DNA of 64,000 bases, from assembly GCA_040954595.2 (NCBI GenBank), contig CM082596.2:5344791-5408790 (forward strand), in the 5' to 3' direction. Below the pieces are notes generated by a model, which saw only the letters and a program-made list of their open reading frames with translations, searched no databases and was not told the origin of the DNA. Made by a program: the position numbers and the translations under genes. The first letter of the stretch is position 1; each line of letters begins with the position of its first letter. This document shows, piece after piece, positions 14,546 to 28,300 of this stretch. Source of the stretch: Balanoglossus misakiensis (Eukaryota > Animalia > Hemichordata).

Positions 14546-15894
14546 GGTTGTGTCAAGATAACAAGTCTATCATGTCTATTTCAGCCCTGATTTCAGCCAA
14601 CCAAAGTGGTCGGAAATTGACAAAGCGCCCTCGTTCGGCACAGTCTGAATATACACTTGTTTTATTGATAGGCTTTTTCAAATGACCGTAAGCCTTTGTC
14701 CTTTTTTTCTCGTCCTAAATAAGAGCCCACCCCTCCCGACAAAATACTGTTTTAGTTTCGTACAGTTGTGACCGTGTTTATTGCATTTGACCCATCTCAC
14801 ACAAAAATGGCAACATTAGTCGGGAGTAATGCAGTATAGCATTCAACCACTTGGTGTGAACTTTCGTTCTCTTTTTGGCTGGATTGAAATCATTCCTGAT
14901 GGGTGGTCACTGATAGGTGGATATGCGCCCACCATCTACCCCACCCCCGGGGGTAATGCACGAACTAAGAAGGTGCTCTATGACACAAATGCTGTTTCGG
15001 TTGGAAAGTTTTAATGAAAAAATACAATTTCAGGAACTTCTGAACATAAATGGTGAAGTCAGTTTTATCACAAGACACTTAACAACCATACATGACATAA
15101 ACCTTGTAGAGGACATTTGAATGTCTAGTACATCCATGGCCTAGTTGGTTTACTGATGACCACAACTGGATTCAAACATGTTCTGAAAATTGTGCAAATT
15201 CTGGATAAAAGCGGGATTTACTCAACAAACACCCCCATAATTTGTTTGTACTGAAATAAGAGTGTGCCATGTTAGAATTTTAAATACAAGTATTCCCACT
15301 TCCAACTGACAAGAAGCACTCTAAAAGGTATGACAGATTAAAAAAATAAGTTAGAGGCTAAAAATGATATAAATAAAGTGACATCAACCAGTGTCTAAAG
15401 TGAAATGAAGAAAAGAAATCTGAAAGTTGCATGTCTGTATTCAAAAATGACTTGATCTAGCCACCAAACATGAAATAAGTTACATGTACTGTGGGTATAT
15501 CATTTTAAAAGTGTGTACTTCAAAGTATCACAAACCTGATCAAATTTGGATAAATATTGATCATGGAAATTAAACTTTTTTTGCATAGATTAAAACAGAC
15601 ACTGCCCATAACCAGTCAAAAAAGTCTTGCAAAGTGTAAATGTACAAATAGAAAAAAAAGTTGGACAATTATCAATGATTGAGTTTTCAAAACAATTCTT
15701 CTGACAGATACTCTCCATTCATTTTACAACTCTTGACAGAATTTTGTCTGCTGGAAAGTTTCATGAGGAAGATTTTATGAATTTCACAATGGCTTGTCTG
15801 TACAGTGCCTTTATAAGATGGATAAGCAAGGGAGTTCATCATGTTTTTCATGCCATGAATTCTTCTGCACGACTTTCATTTTCCCAAAATAACC

Positions 15895-18800
15895 CTAGAG
15901 TTCATCTTTTGGTCTTTTCGTCTGAAATAAAGAACAAAAATATATCAACTAAACTTGTTAACTATAATAAATTGTTATACACAAAATATGGAGCAAGCTG
16001 CTCATGAAATTGAATATAGACAGTCTTACCTTAATTTTATTTGCTGGTATTTTTCCTTTGACGTGGTTTACAACAAAATCAACACCCTGCATGTGTGTTA
16101 TGTATTCTCCTGACCAACCCTGTCAAATCAAATACAGTGGACACATAAAAACTTGGATTCTATGATTCCAATCACTCACATTGACAGTGTTTTTCGTATT
16201 CTTTTTCGTTACATCTGTTTCACAAGAGAAATTATTGCAATTTCATTCTTCTTGAAGATCATATTACTATTATGATGAACATTTTCTGTTCATTTCAGAA
16301 AAGTTTGCCAAGGAGGTATTTCACAAGTTCTGCCTACGAAGTTCAGTGTAGGGTTCACTAACCTGACTCGCCCCTTTTTTCCTGGCGCCCATGTACAACC
16401 TTATGGATGGATATGCATTGACCCCTGACGACATGCAGGTACCCTGGTTGTGATCGCAGTTCATCTTCCCAGCATGCACTCTGCCTTCCAGTGCCTGAAA
16501 AGGAAGTGCCGATGCGAAAGTCAGGCAGAAGGTTCACACTTTGGAAGAGAACATTTTTTTACTTTATTTTGAAATGCATTGATGCAGATATGTAAAATTG
16601 AACTTGTGTTTGACCCAACAAACCATAAACTCAAAAGTTACAGCTGACAGAGTGAATACTATACAACATCTTACCCGAACAGCATTTTCAAACTGTGGCA
16701 TGAATTGCGTGCACGGCCCACACCAGGGGCCAGCATAGAAGTAAACCAACCAGGGTTCTGTGTCTTGAAGCACCTTGGATGCAAAGTTATGCATGTCCAG
16801 GGTGGCAGCCACGGAGGGCAGATAGGAATATACCCAACCTTGTAGGGAGTTAGCGTCCCTCATCCAACCTGTGTATTGACTGGAGAGGAGGGTTATCAAA
16901 CCATTAGTACGCCATCATTATGCTGCTAAGCATTCTTCAAAGGATAATAAATACATCTTTCGTCTTCTAAATTCACACCACTATCAGTTATAGCACAAAA
17001 CCAGATTTTGTCAAGGATTCTTGCATCTGTGCATTGTAAGAAAATTCTACACACGTTCACAGTTTGGTACTCACGTTGATCCAGCTAATCCCGACTTTCC
17101 TTGCGGGTACATCCTGATGGTTGGGTAACTGGCCACACCATTCTGACTGCACAACCCACTCCACTTGACGCAGTCCACAGTGCCTAACTGAGCTGTACCG
17201 TTCAGTTTCTGCAGATGAAAACCAGTTATTATGCACGGGTGAAAGCTTTAACACAGATTAATTAACAGATGGCTAAAACTTTCTAAAAAGGTTTCAACTC
17301 GTCATGATTTTGAACAGTTGAACTATTTTGAAGACACATTCGTCATCTACTTGGTTTTATGATCGAAAACCCCCACACCTACATTGTAGGAATAAGACAA
17401 CCTTTACTCTTTAACCCCAAGTAATTCACGTTCTAACCTCACCTTAGCCAGCTTCCTCCATTCGGGTGCCAAGGCTTGGCACGGTCCGCACCACGGGGCA
17501 AAAAAATCCACCAACCACAGTTCTTTCTTGGATTTGGTCTTCACCAAGGTATCAAAGGTGTTGGGGGTCAGCTCCACCACCAGTGGATGCATGATGTCCT
17601 GCAAAAACAGAATTGCCAAATACTTACATTACACTTTTTTCTATATTCATAACACACATGCGAGTTGTGATTTCTCTGGTGGTCGGGTCGTTTTTAAGGA
17701 TTCCTAGAAGAACCTCAATTCATTTTCAATGATTCTAGGTTTTTTTCCTAGTATGGTTTATGGACTATGATTTTCTAGTAGTGCACATTTACTATTTTGA
17801 TCCCTGCCATTGGATTGGGTCAATCAAATTCACATGCTTTCAGGCATATTTGTAATATATTGAAAACTAAACACGTGCAGAATAACAAGAAGCTTACAAT
17901 GTAAATAGAGTGTTCAGTTGAGAATTTGAAGTAAAATTTATACAGCAAACTTACCTCTACAAAGTCTATCAAACCTTGGGCCGTGTTGTCGCCGGTAAAC
18001 GTATGTGGAGTGGTGTGATTGTAGAAGATGGTGGATGGGTAGGAGCGAACGTTGTTCTGGTTGCAGAGGGCGTTATGTACGGTGCAGTCCACGGTGCCGA
18101 ACTTGATCTGGCCTGCCAGTTGACGAGCCGCTTTGCGCCACTCCGGTATCAACTGCTTGCAAGGCGGGCAGTGCTAGGGAAAAGGCATGTATTCAATCAC
18201 TATAATGTCTCAAACCCTTTCATATCATAGAGTGACGCTCGTTTTCAGCATAGTGACAACTTTCAAATTCTTTCTAGGCATCATCGTACAGTTGAATACT
18301 GTACATGAAATCTTATGAGCCTATAGTGCTACTGCTAAGCCAACTGAATTGGACATGAAGTTACTCCACAATGAACAGCCTGAGTTACAGCAGCACAAAA
18401 GAGGTTCAACTTGGCAACCTCATCTGATCTTGATTCTGATACTTACTGGAGAGAAGAAGTCGACAAACCACGGTTCGCCACTGTTGATGACGGGATCCGG
18501 GAAGTCTGATGGATCCAACATGTGGACGGGCGACGTTACACTCTCGCGGGCAAATGCTGCGATGTCCTGTGCCATCATACGACCTGCAGAGCCAAACAGG
18601 GGCTATTTATTCAAACTGCTAAAATTTACTGCAATCAATGTGTGTATTAAGATTCTCACACCTCAATGCCAGTAGTGTATTTGCTCTTTTTTTGCATAAG
18701 CCTGACGATACATCATATCAAAGAATAAACTGCAGAATGAAAATACAGCCACTCTGCACACACACTGGTACTCACCATGATGCATTTCATGTTCTCCATC

Positions 18801-21800
18801 TTTCCTGAACAGCGCCACCGCTGGCAGATGTTTGTCCACATAAAGACTTTCACAGAGCTTCTTGTATACACTGCAGTCAACTTTCCTGACCTGTCAAGAG
18901 ATTTCAAGTAAAACCAAAAGTTACAGAATCATCAAGTGAAAGCTTTCATCATCGGCAAAATACATGCACATAAGCAGTGATATTCAATGTTCATTTAGTA
19001 GCCAATGTGTACACTTTGAGCAGCAAAGTTCAAACAGGTTTTATTCTGGCATTGTCTTTAACAAAGAGGTGCAGTCACAAGATTAAATTTCTACTCACTG
19101 CTATATCATCAAGTAACCACGGTAACTTCCTGAGCTCCACTTCTGATTGGTCGCCACTTTTCACAAAGTGTATCAGCAATGGGTTAGCATTGCCATCTGT
19201 TAACTCTTCTTGCATTTTCTGGAAAAAATACATGTAATAATTAAGGGTTAAATCATCAGTGACATTATTAAAACAAATTTCCCAAAACATTATAATCAAA
19301 TGTAGTTTGTACAGGATAAGTTGGCCAAATATGATCGCAAAATTGGAGGAGAAAAATAATCGTAGAGTGTTAAACTACATGAAGGGCTTCAACACCAACC
19401 TTGAATCCAGCTTCATCTACACTCTGTATATCAGGCAGCATCTTCAAGACCTCATCAGCTATTTCTTTAGGTTCACCAAATTCGACAGGCTGTGAGGGAA
19501 AAAAAGACATTTTGCATCAGAAACCATTTTAGTTAATTGCATATTTACTTCTAAACTATCAGTTGCGTATTTTTCTTTGACATCTTACTTACTAGTCATC
19601 AATGATTATCTGGCAGACAGATTTGATCCGAACTGAAAACCGAAATTCTGAGCACACTCACAGTTCCCTTTCCCTTCTTGACTTTGACCGCCTTCTCGTA
19701 GAACTTCAGGGCGTTTCCACTGACCCCCAGTCGTTCGCACAGAGTGCCGGTGGCCACGCAGTCAATGTGTGCAACAGTCACTACTTTGTCCTGAAAATAA
19801 AATTCCCCACATTAGATGTACATTAGTCATAGTATCCATTCAGTCAATGATTAATATTGGCCTTATACTGCATGCAATTCATCGGATAGTTTCAGATGTA
19901 AGTGTCCATTTCTTAAGTTGCAGGTGATCAGCACTAACAGTACCAGGATAACTCAACTCACCAAGATAGCAGCAACTTTGAGCCGATCATCTTTATCCAG
20001 ACATTCTGCGTAGACCAGTTCTGTGTTGTCTTCCTCACCACTGCCTTTCACCGCTCCGCAATAAATCATCAAGAGCGGCGTGGACTTGATCTCATCACTC
20101 GTCAATACTGTCTTGAAATTACCTGGAACGAACACAGTGCATATTTCTCACCTTCAGAGCCTGAATCATGTTTTTAACTTCTGTCTTTTAGGGAATGAGA
20201 GTGAATATGTTTCCCAAGAGTTGCAACAACAACTTTTGTTCACATAGGAATATGGTGATCACTTTTTCAGATCATACAAGTTTTTTTCGTTTAGAATGAT
20301 ACCCAACCAATTCGTGTACAATGAATTATAACCCTACAAACACTTCTGTGATCAGGATAACTGAACAACTGCGGTTTCACACAGAGAGATATATATATAC
20401 TCACCTGACCACAAATCGTGCACTGTTGCTTTGACTTGTCTCAGCGCGTGTCTCACTAATGCAGTTAGTGTCTTGGCACCAGTGTAGAATTCTTTCTGTA
20501 AAGTGCATAATCGTTTGAAAATGTGAATAAGTTTTCAAAATATATAATTCTTTCTACATCTGTTAATACTTGAAACGAATCATTTAATTTCATCCTAGTA
20601 TATTAAGCCACCAATAAAAACACCATTTCTGTGACATTGTAGCAAATGCAACACTATCACCTCACCTTTGGATAGATAACTAGTGTTGGGTACTGCATTA
20701 TTCCCTGCTGCGTACACAACGGATTGTCGTCCCAGCAGTTGACGGCACCGATGCGAATCACGCCCTCCATCTCCTTGGCAAACTTTCGCCACTGTCAAGG
20801 AAACCACAATGATGTCACAGGTCACCATGGAGTCAGAGTGCAAGGGTTAAAGGTTAAAGAAATTCAGTACTGCACAGTAATGATTCTGCCAGAAGGGCTG
20901 TAACAATGTGGTAATATACACGCAGGCAAAACATGACATGACATATTGCTTTTTAATGAGATGTAGTAATTTAATCAGATGACACACGCAAATACATTTT
21001 GGATATCATTTTGAAACGGCTCGAAATATCAAAGGTAGCACTTTTCTAAAAATGCTGGTACATGTATACTTCATTCAGATGTACCACTCACATGTCTGTT
21101 GTCCCAGTGCACAGAAGTCTGCTGGGTGACTATTTGCTATTCCCTAAATTATCATCATCGCTAGAGAAGATTGAAAAAATCTTACCGTGGGAGCCAAGTC
21201 GTGACAATGGTGGCATCTTGGGGAGTAGAAATTGACAAACCAAATATCAGCCCCAAACACAGAATGTTCTGTAAGAGAAATTCACAATAATGATGATCTT
21301 ATGGGCAAATAATACCGATAGGATTAACACACAAAATTGCCTTTTGATGTAGAAGTTACAGAACTCACAGCTCTTCATGTAAATAAATGCTAGATTAAGA
21401 TCATTCTATGTGTAGATATGGCTGATCTGCAGTAGCCGCACAAGTCCGTCCTTGATTGGTTCATTGCTACTGTTACTAGTGTTAGACCGATAATGGCATT
21501 TGTGCCAAGTTGCACCACAGATTCAACCAATGAGATTACATCTTTCTGACACAGTGTCGGTCACCCCCCCACCCTCTAAAACTTTCACAACATAGTATTA
21601 AAGAAATTCTTTGCAATGTCCTCACCAAAATCTGACTTGCTGAGTGTGACCACCTCCGGATCCTCATCATAGAGACCTGGACAAAGAAGAGGAGAAACAT
21701 GAAAACATTCTTTTTCCAACTGTTTGAACAATATTCCCAAATACACATATAGTGAAGCTTTGCATGTACAGCCACCAGTCTCTTTTTCACCATACAATTT

Positions 21801-23437
21801 GTTAAACTACAAAGATGGCAGCTTTACAAAGCTTTGTAAGCCTTGTCACCATATTGTAGTGAATATATCAGTGAGTGCAACGATAGAATTCAAATCAGCC
21901 TGAACAAAACCTGTCAACAATCCCTGAAGACTCAAGAAGTCAGAGGTTTGTAACAACTGGTGCATTGAAAAAAAATAAAAAACAGATTTTAATCAAATTT
22001 TCAATACTAGTATATATGTGTATTAAAATATGCTTTGCTTTGGGCAAACAGCTTGCATGCACAGGCTTGATAAACAAACAGCCTGCATATTTAAATTCTA
22101 ACAAATCCTGACAGTGATAAATCTCACACGATGTGCTAAATTTAAAACTGACACGTCAGAATCAGACGAACCCAAACACCACACACTCACCAAACTCTGT
22201 TTTGTAGAAGTTCCAGCTTTCATATCTCTGTCCCCACTGGCCTTGATCTTTCAGACCCTCCTCTCCAAATCTGTCGTATTTCTTGCGCAAGTCTTCGTCT
22301 TTGAGAACTTCGTAGGCCCGGTTTACTTTTATAAATTTATCGTGGGCGTTCGGATCATCCTGAGATGTGATACAAGAATACAAGTTAATGACAGTATAAA
22401 TATTGCATCTGCCCACGGTCACCCATCCATTCATGACATGCAATATGAATAAGGATTAAAAAAAATTCCAACTCAAAATCAATTTATCTCATCTCTCTGT
22501 GGGATAACCAATAAATCAACCCTTGGATGTACACACAACAATTAAATCAAACTGCCTGATGAATTTTTAACAAATCTACATGTATATATATATATTAATG
22601 AAAGGCCAAAATAAATTATTCAATGAAGCTGGTTATATTACATTAGTTCACTCTCTCTCATTTTACATTTTCTACGTTTGAAATGTAAACCAGACATGAT
22701 TTCATTCCCATTCTATTTTAAGATACAGGACAAAATGTCACGTCTTGTTCAGCCATTCTAGTTCATTCATCTTTTTCACCACCTTTTGCGATTCAACAAC
22801 TGGATTATTGATATCAGCAAATGCGTCAGACACAACAGCGGGTCACCACCAGCATATAAGCCTGTATTTTGCAACACAATGCTGTGCCCACGTACAGTAT
22901 GGTGCTTTTTTCCAAATTGGGAACAAAAGACAGGTCTTTAACTCCGCATTAAAAAAATCCATTCACAGACTATTCACCAGAAAAGAAGAATTAACACAAA
23001 ACCCATTCTCCAAAAACCCTCTGGTTACACAGTGTACCGAGTACCAGCAGAATTTACACAAAGTAATTCTACATGTATTACTTTCGTGATAACCCATATG
23101 TTTGATTACCTCGTAAATATGAGTTTTTGTGTGCAAGTTCCTGGAGTGGCCAACTGAACTTTTATGTTACATTCCCTGATTCAGTTTAGAGAGCTTCACT
23201 CATTGTACAAAAACCACACTTTTTTTTACCATACTTCACTCCACTTACCCGATTCTTATCCGGATGCATTGTTAAGGCAAGCTTCTTGAACGCCCTACGT
23301 ATGTCTTTGGTGCTGGCGTCTCTTTCGATGCCCAGGATCTCATAATAATCGTCTGTTGTGGCCAGATTGACGAGCATGAACAGAACGACCAGACAAGTCC
23401 AAAAACTGATCTGAAACAGTCTGTGTTTGGGAGACAT
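15895..23437 (-). CDS. DNAJC10: DnaJ homolog subfamily C member 10 (ERdj5), ER disulfide reductase and BiP co-chaperone; 19 coding exons, ~807 aa
   Basis: Signal peptide, J domain (DYYEILG...HPDK), thioredoxin domains with CHHC, CPPC, CGPC and CGPC, and C-terminal KDEL*. Exons: 23249-23437, 22191-22359, 21626-21676, 21186-21268, 20666-20791, 20405-20495, 19962-20122, 19662-19790, 19400-19489, 19099-19218, 18776-18890, 18447-18583, 17955-18173, 17443-17598, 17075-17208, 16675-16879, 16363-16494, 16030-16119, 15895-15921. All introns are GT-AG and the total of 2424 nt stays in frame. Confidence 0.96.
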
Positions 23438-24408
23438 AGTGGTATTTCCAACAGCTTTGAGTTTCTTCAGTACTTGTGTATGGTGAGCTTGTACTGGGAC
23501 ATGGAATGACGTGTTCCGCCGGCAATTTACCAATTCACCTTGTTACACTTCAGGTCTTCTCAGTCAGTGTTGTTCGTGCATGCAAGCTGAGAACACCAAA
23601 ACATACCAAAGTGTTATAATACACAGTCTGACAACTAATAATTATACTATTATTAAGTTGGGTAATGGGAAACAATATCAACTACTATTATCAAAATAGT
23701 CTGCCAAAAAAATATTCATTCAGTACAACTAGAATATGTTTTTCTTGATTAATTTTATACCAGAGTTACTATAATTGTAAATTTAGTGAAACACACACAG
23801 TGACACACACGTCATATTGCTGATGCCTCCCAAACAATATCTGAAGGTCACACGCTGTGACCTCCACGATTGTTTACACTTTCCATTGTAATGAGGCTCA
23901 ACGCTTGTGGAATGTCTGCTTTGCCTACTTCTGGTTTTACGGTCATCCGGGCAGAGCGGACGACACCACCCACCATACCTTGGTGTAAGGGATTTGGTGA
24001 TTACAAAATTTCCCGACAGAATTTCGAAGAAGTTTTTAATTGTATCCACAAGAAGCCGTGGTCTAGAACCACAACAAGTCGGTGCGGGCACGGTGGTCAT
24101 TCTTAGCGTCCGTGAACAGAGAAGTCAAACGTTGCTGCTCATCTGCCGGTGCAGCGGGAGTTCGGTTAATCTTAAAACACAGATACCAAAACATGTCCAC
24201 GTAGCAACTGCCGGGACAGACTGTAGTGTCGATCAGTCAGTCCTCGTCAGCGTGTGGGCACGTGAACATGTTATGAAACGTACCATTGAGCTGTCACACA
24301 CACACACGTCATATGGCAATTTTCCCACGTCGTCATCGCCGATATCAGAAGCGAGTACACACACAGATTTATAGCTCAAATATATCAAAATCACAGGCCC
24401 GAACGTAC

Positions 24409-24490
24409 CTTTCTTCACTGCACGATCGAAAATCTTCCCGAACCACTGAGCACCGGCAACTTCTTTCGAACACATTCACTGCATGTGTGA
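24409..24490 (-). other. DNAJC10: Probable non-coding first exon of DNAJC10
   Basis: Donor AAG|GTACGT at 24409/24408 in a CpG-rich stretch. The coding exon has its own acceptor (TTCTCAG) before 23586, so an upstream UTR exon is required. Confidence 0.5.
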
Positions 24491-24499
24491 GTACGCATG

Positions 24500-24820
24500 C
24501 TCTGTAGGAGTAACCAATCAAATGGGCGAGGTGAGTTGAGGTAAAGCTGACGTGTCCTGTTGAGTTCAACTTCCGGGGGGAAAGTACTTCAAAAGTTATT
24601 GTGTTCGAAGCTTGAAAAGAAAAGAAAATAGACACCGGCTATGTCCTATCTGCCTCTCCATGTTCATAGTCATAGGCCAGGAACACTTATACGTAAAGAG
24701 AAATCGTGTACGCATGCTTATAATGCAATGGGAAATCACAGCAGACTACACACATAGACAAAAGCTAACTTGACGTGCCACTCCCATATTCACCATAAGG
24801 TCAATGAACGCCAATTATAC
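24500..24820 (-). promoter_or_regulatory. DNAJC10 promoter with CCAAT boxes and UPRE/XBP1-ATF6-like TGACGTG cores
   Basis: CCAAT at 24514-24518 and 24811-24815; TGACGTGT at 24548-24555; TGACGTGCCA at 24771-24780. ERdj5 is a known UPR target in vertebrates. Confidence 0.45.
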
Positions 24821-25347
24821 ACGTACTTCACAGGCCTTCTCCAGAGTGTCTGCTTTTGAGAAGTTACAAAAACCGACTGGGTTGTCCTTTATTATTTTCC
24901 TTTCACGCGCAAAGTGACACACACTGTTGGGCGTGGCCAGTCAAATGTATTTAGCGCCACCACAGGCAGATCACGACAAAGCCTTTTGTCTTCAGCTTGT
25001 TTCTTCGTTTGTTTTTTCCTCTCGAAACAAACAGGACACAACAAATTGAAGTGAAATAATGAATTACTGCGCCAGTTTGACTGGTTTATTCATCTTGTGT
25101 AAATAACTGAGTATATAATGCGTAAATATCGATATCTTACAACGGGTTGGACAACTGCTAAAAACACCAGTGTGTTATCATTGAATTGTGGCGTCGGTGT
25201 ATACATGAAATGGAAACAAATATACACTCTCAGCAATGAACCCAAAGTTTATATTTAAACAGTCAATGCCAAACAGTTATACCAAAGACAATCCCCCATT
25301 GAAAAGCGTAGGCTCAAAGTTAAGGTCATGTATGCTGCCATATATAT

Positions 25348-28300
25348 TTATTTGAAAGTGGTCGGTTCATAAGCGACGTTGTCCAGAAAACGCGAGTCGT
25401 CAACGACGCCATTTCCGATAGTGGAGTAATAGGGGCCGGTATCTCCATCGTTACCGAGTGAATTTCCGTGGTCGTTGCTGCCTGCTTCGTACAGAACGTT
25501 CTCGGTGAAGTTGGCTCCTAAGTTCAAATTGCGGACACCGCCTGGCTCACGGCTGTCGTCATCCGTCGCTTCGTAGAGAACATTTTCAGTGAACTTCGGT
25601 CCGGATTTTTCATCCACGTCGTCTGCGTGTTCATAGATGTCGTTGGTAACGAAGCCTTCCTCCCGGGGTGAACTGTGAGCCAGTTGATTTGCAGCGTGTA
25701 CAGTGTTTAATTTGACATGCGGTGTGTTGTCGTCCCCGGCCTGGTATATGTCATTCTCAACAAATCCCGCCTGTGGTCCGGCAACTTCTGAATCGGTATA
25801 TCTGTACGGGGAACCGGCTGCGGCGTTTTGGCCTGGAAGCGAGACGGACAGGACTTCGTATTGCTTCTCTTTACGCTGATTGGACATTGCCTGTGGAAAG
25901 TGACCGTTCTGAATAGTCTTGTCGTTCGCCATCTTGAGTCCTGAGTCGCCAATCTCGGCATAAGCATTGACGGCTTCTGCACCGACAGCCTGTTCTGCAC
26001 TCTCGTAAAATTCGTTCATTTTGAAGCCCGCTGCGGAGTCATTTTGTCCCATCTTGGGTTTTTCGTCATGATGCTGAGAGCGGTCCAGATCATCATTTTT
26101 CCCATTTGCGGCACATAGGCCTGAACATTTCTCTGACCTATAACAAACGACGGCAGAAGTTCAGGTAAAATATCAATATGAGTCATTACACGCTACTATG
26201 ACATGTGATCATACAATGCGACGTATTAGTTGAAATATTTCGGTCGTATAAACTTGGAATTAACATTTATCGCCAGCAATTTTGAAATCAACCACAGCGT
26301 CAAAATACTAGTAAAGAGTTACCTTCTACAAAACAAAACAATAACGATTCCACCAATAACCGCGGCCAATATCAGGAGGATTAAAGAAACGATTCCTGGA
26401 AAATAAATAAAAAGTAATGGTACTACTGCTTATAGGTTTCCGCTCAGGTAGTCATCATCCAGAGTACACAATAATCATATTGAACAAAGAGAGCAGCCAC
26501 AATATCGAAACATTCTTCTTAAAAAAAACAGAACCCGAAAATGTTTGCCTATGTAACGCGAACTTACCTATAATACTGCTGGAACCAGTCTGGCCTGTAA
26601 CAAGAATCCGTAATTAGAATAAAGGTTTACATGGAGCATATATGGCGGTTGCAATACACTGAAACAAGTATTAGGATTGTTACCGTACTAGGCCCTACAA
26701 CGATCATTTTTGTTCGTGACAAAATATACCAAGGCACAAATGATGTAAATGCGCTCTTTTTACCAACAGGTAAGCATGCAGGTAGCTCAGTCCACTCTCC
26801 GTTGGCCTGACACACGACGTACGTCACGTTGCTTTCGAAGTGATACCCTTCATTACAATCATAGACCACGACGTCTTCAAAGAGGTACGAGTCGCCGGAC
26901 TTCTCCCCATTTTCTACATCGTCAGGTTCCCCGCAATCAACGGCTGGTATGAGAAAGAAATGCATATTATAGTCTTATTATAACACATCCAAGAGTTCTT
27001 TACATTCGTTGCAAACAGTACAGGGCATTAATAATAAAATGCGTCCAATAAGGCTTATAACTCAATTTCATCCGTAGTGTGAGGTTACTGTCGAATCGAT
27101 TGGTTGCCAAGCTAACGCAGAGAGCTTTAAAACGGTGAGTTATTCGTCTGGTCTCCTGTTTCATTTCTACCGCTGGCTGCGCTACAAATACAACAGGCAC
27201 AGGTCAGTGGACCTCACCAGAGTAATTATTTCAACCTACGTGTACAAACAGGCATTTCTGCAGACCAGGAACCACTCGACTGGCACGTGATCGTATCGGT
27301 TCCGTTCAGTATATATCCTTCATGACAGTGATACGTGACGTTGCTACCATAGGTGAAATCATCGCCCTCTGCGTCACCGTTTTCTAGTTGACCTGGTTCA
27401 CCGCATGACACAACTGTCGAAACGAAAAAAGGCACGAAGATGTTACAGATATGCATACTAGTGACGATTAAGAAATTTTCAATTCTACACCCCCTCAATA
27501 TGAAAAACGAGTATAACAGAAGACAACAAAAGGTGAAGCTGATACCTACTTATACACTCAGGTACGTCTTCGTCCCAGGATCCATCCGCCTGACAGGTTA
27601 TCGTGGTATCAGTTCCGTTAAGTATGTAACCTTCGTGACAGTGGTATGTGACATTGCTTCCATAGGTGAAGTCATCACCCTCTGTGTCACCGTTTTCTGT
27701 TTGACCTGGGTCACCACACGAGACAACTGCAAAGGCAGGGAAGGTATACATGTATATTCAAACAAACTTACCACACACCAATACCCAAGTTATATGCAAA
27801 TATTGCATTATATTACGCATCCGAAAAATCTGCTGTGAAACTGGACGTTGTCTAAACGACGTCAAATCACGCCGCACTGCTTTAGTTTGTGAGTTTATAT
27901 AGGCCAGCCACGTTCGATAAAGGTAGGCATAATTTGGTCCAAAGTTCGTATGAATTTAAAATGCGTGGCTGATAATAACTGTAACGATCAACAATTCTCT
28001 ATCCTACCAACGCAATCAGGCATTTCTGTGTTCCAGTTCCCGTCATCTCCACAAGTGAGGTTGGTGTAGTTCGTCGTAAGGTCATATCCTTCATGGCAGA
28101 TCACCGTCAGATTGTCACCGGGATAGTAAAAATCGTCGTCTGGATATATATTCGCGTGAATTTCATCGTCGGGAGGAAAGCAGACGTATGAACCTGTAGG
28201 TTGAAAGATGATTCTCATTATGTTTTCAACATGTCGTCACAATTTGACACAAATATCACGCAACTTGCAGAGTAAACTTCAAACTACCACACAGACTATA

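Noticed and set aside
23783-24635. Overlapping ORFs of 70-155 aa upstream of DNAJC10
   Set aside because: These are a by-product of the CpG-rich promoter and first intron and give no recognisable protein.
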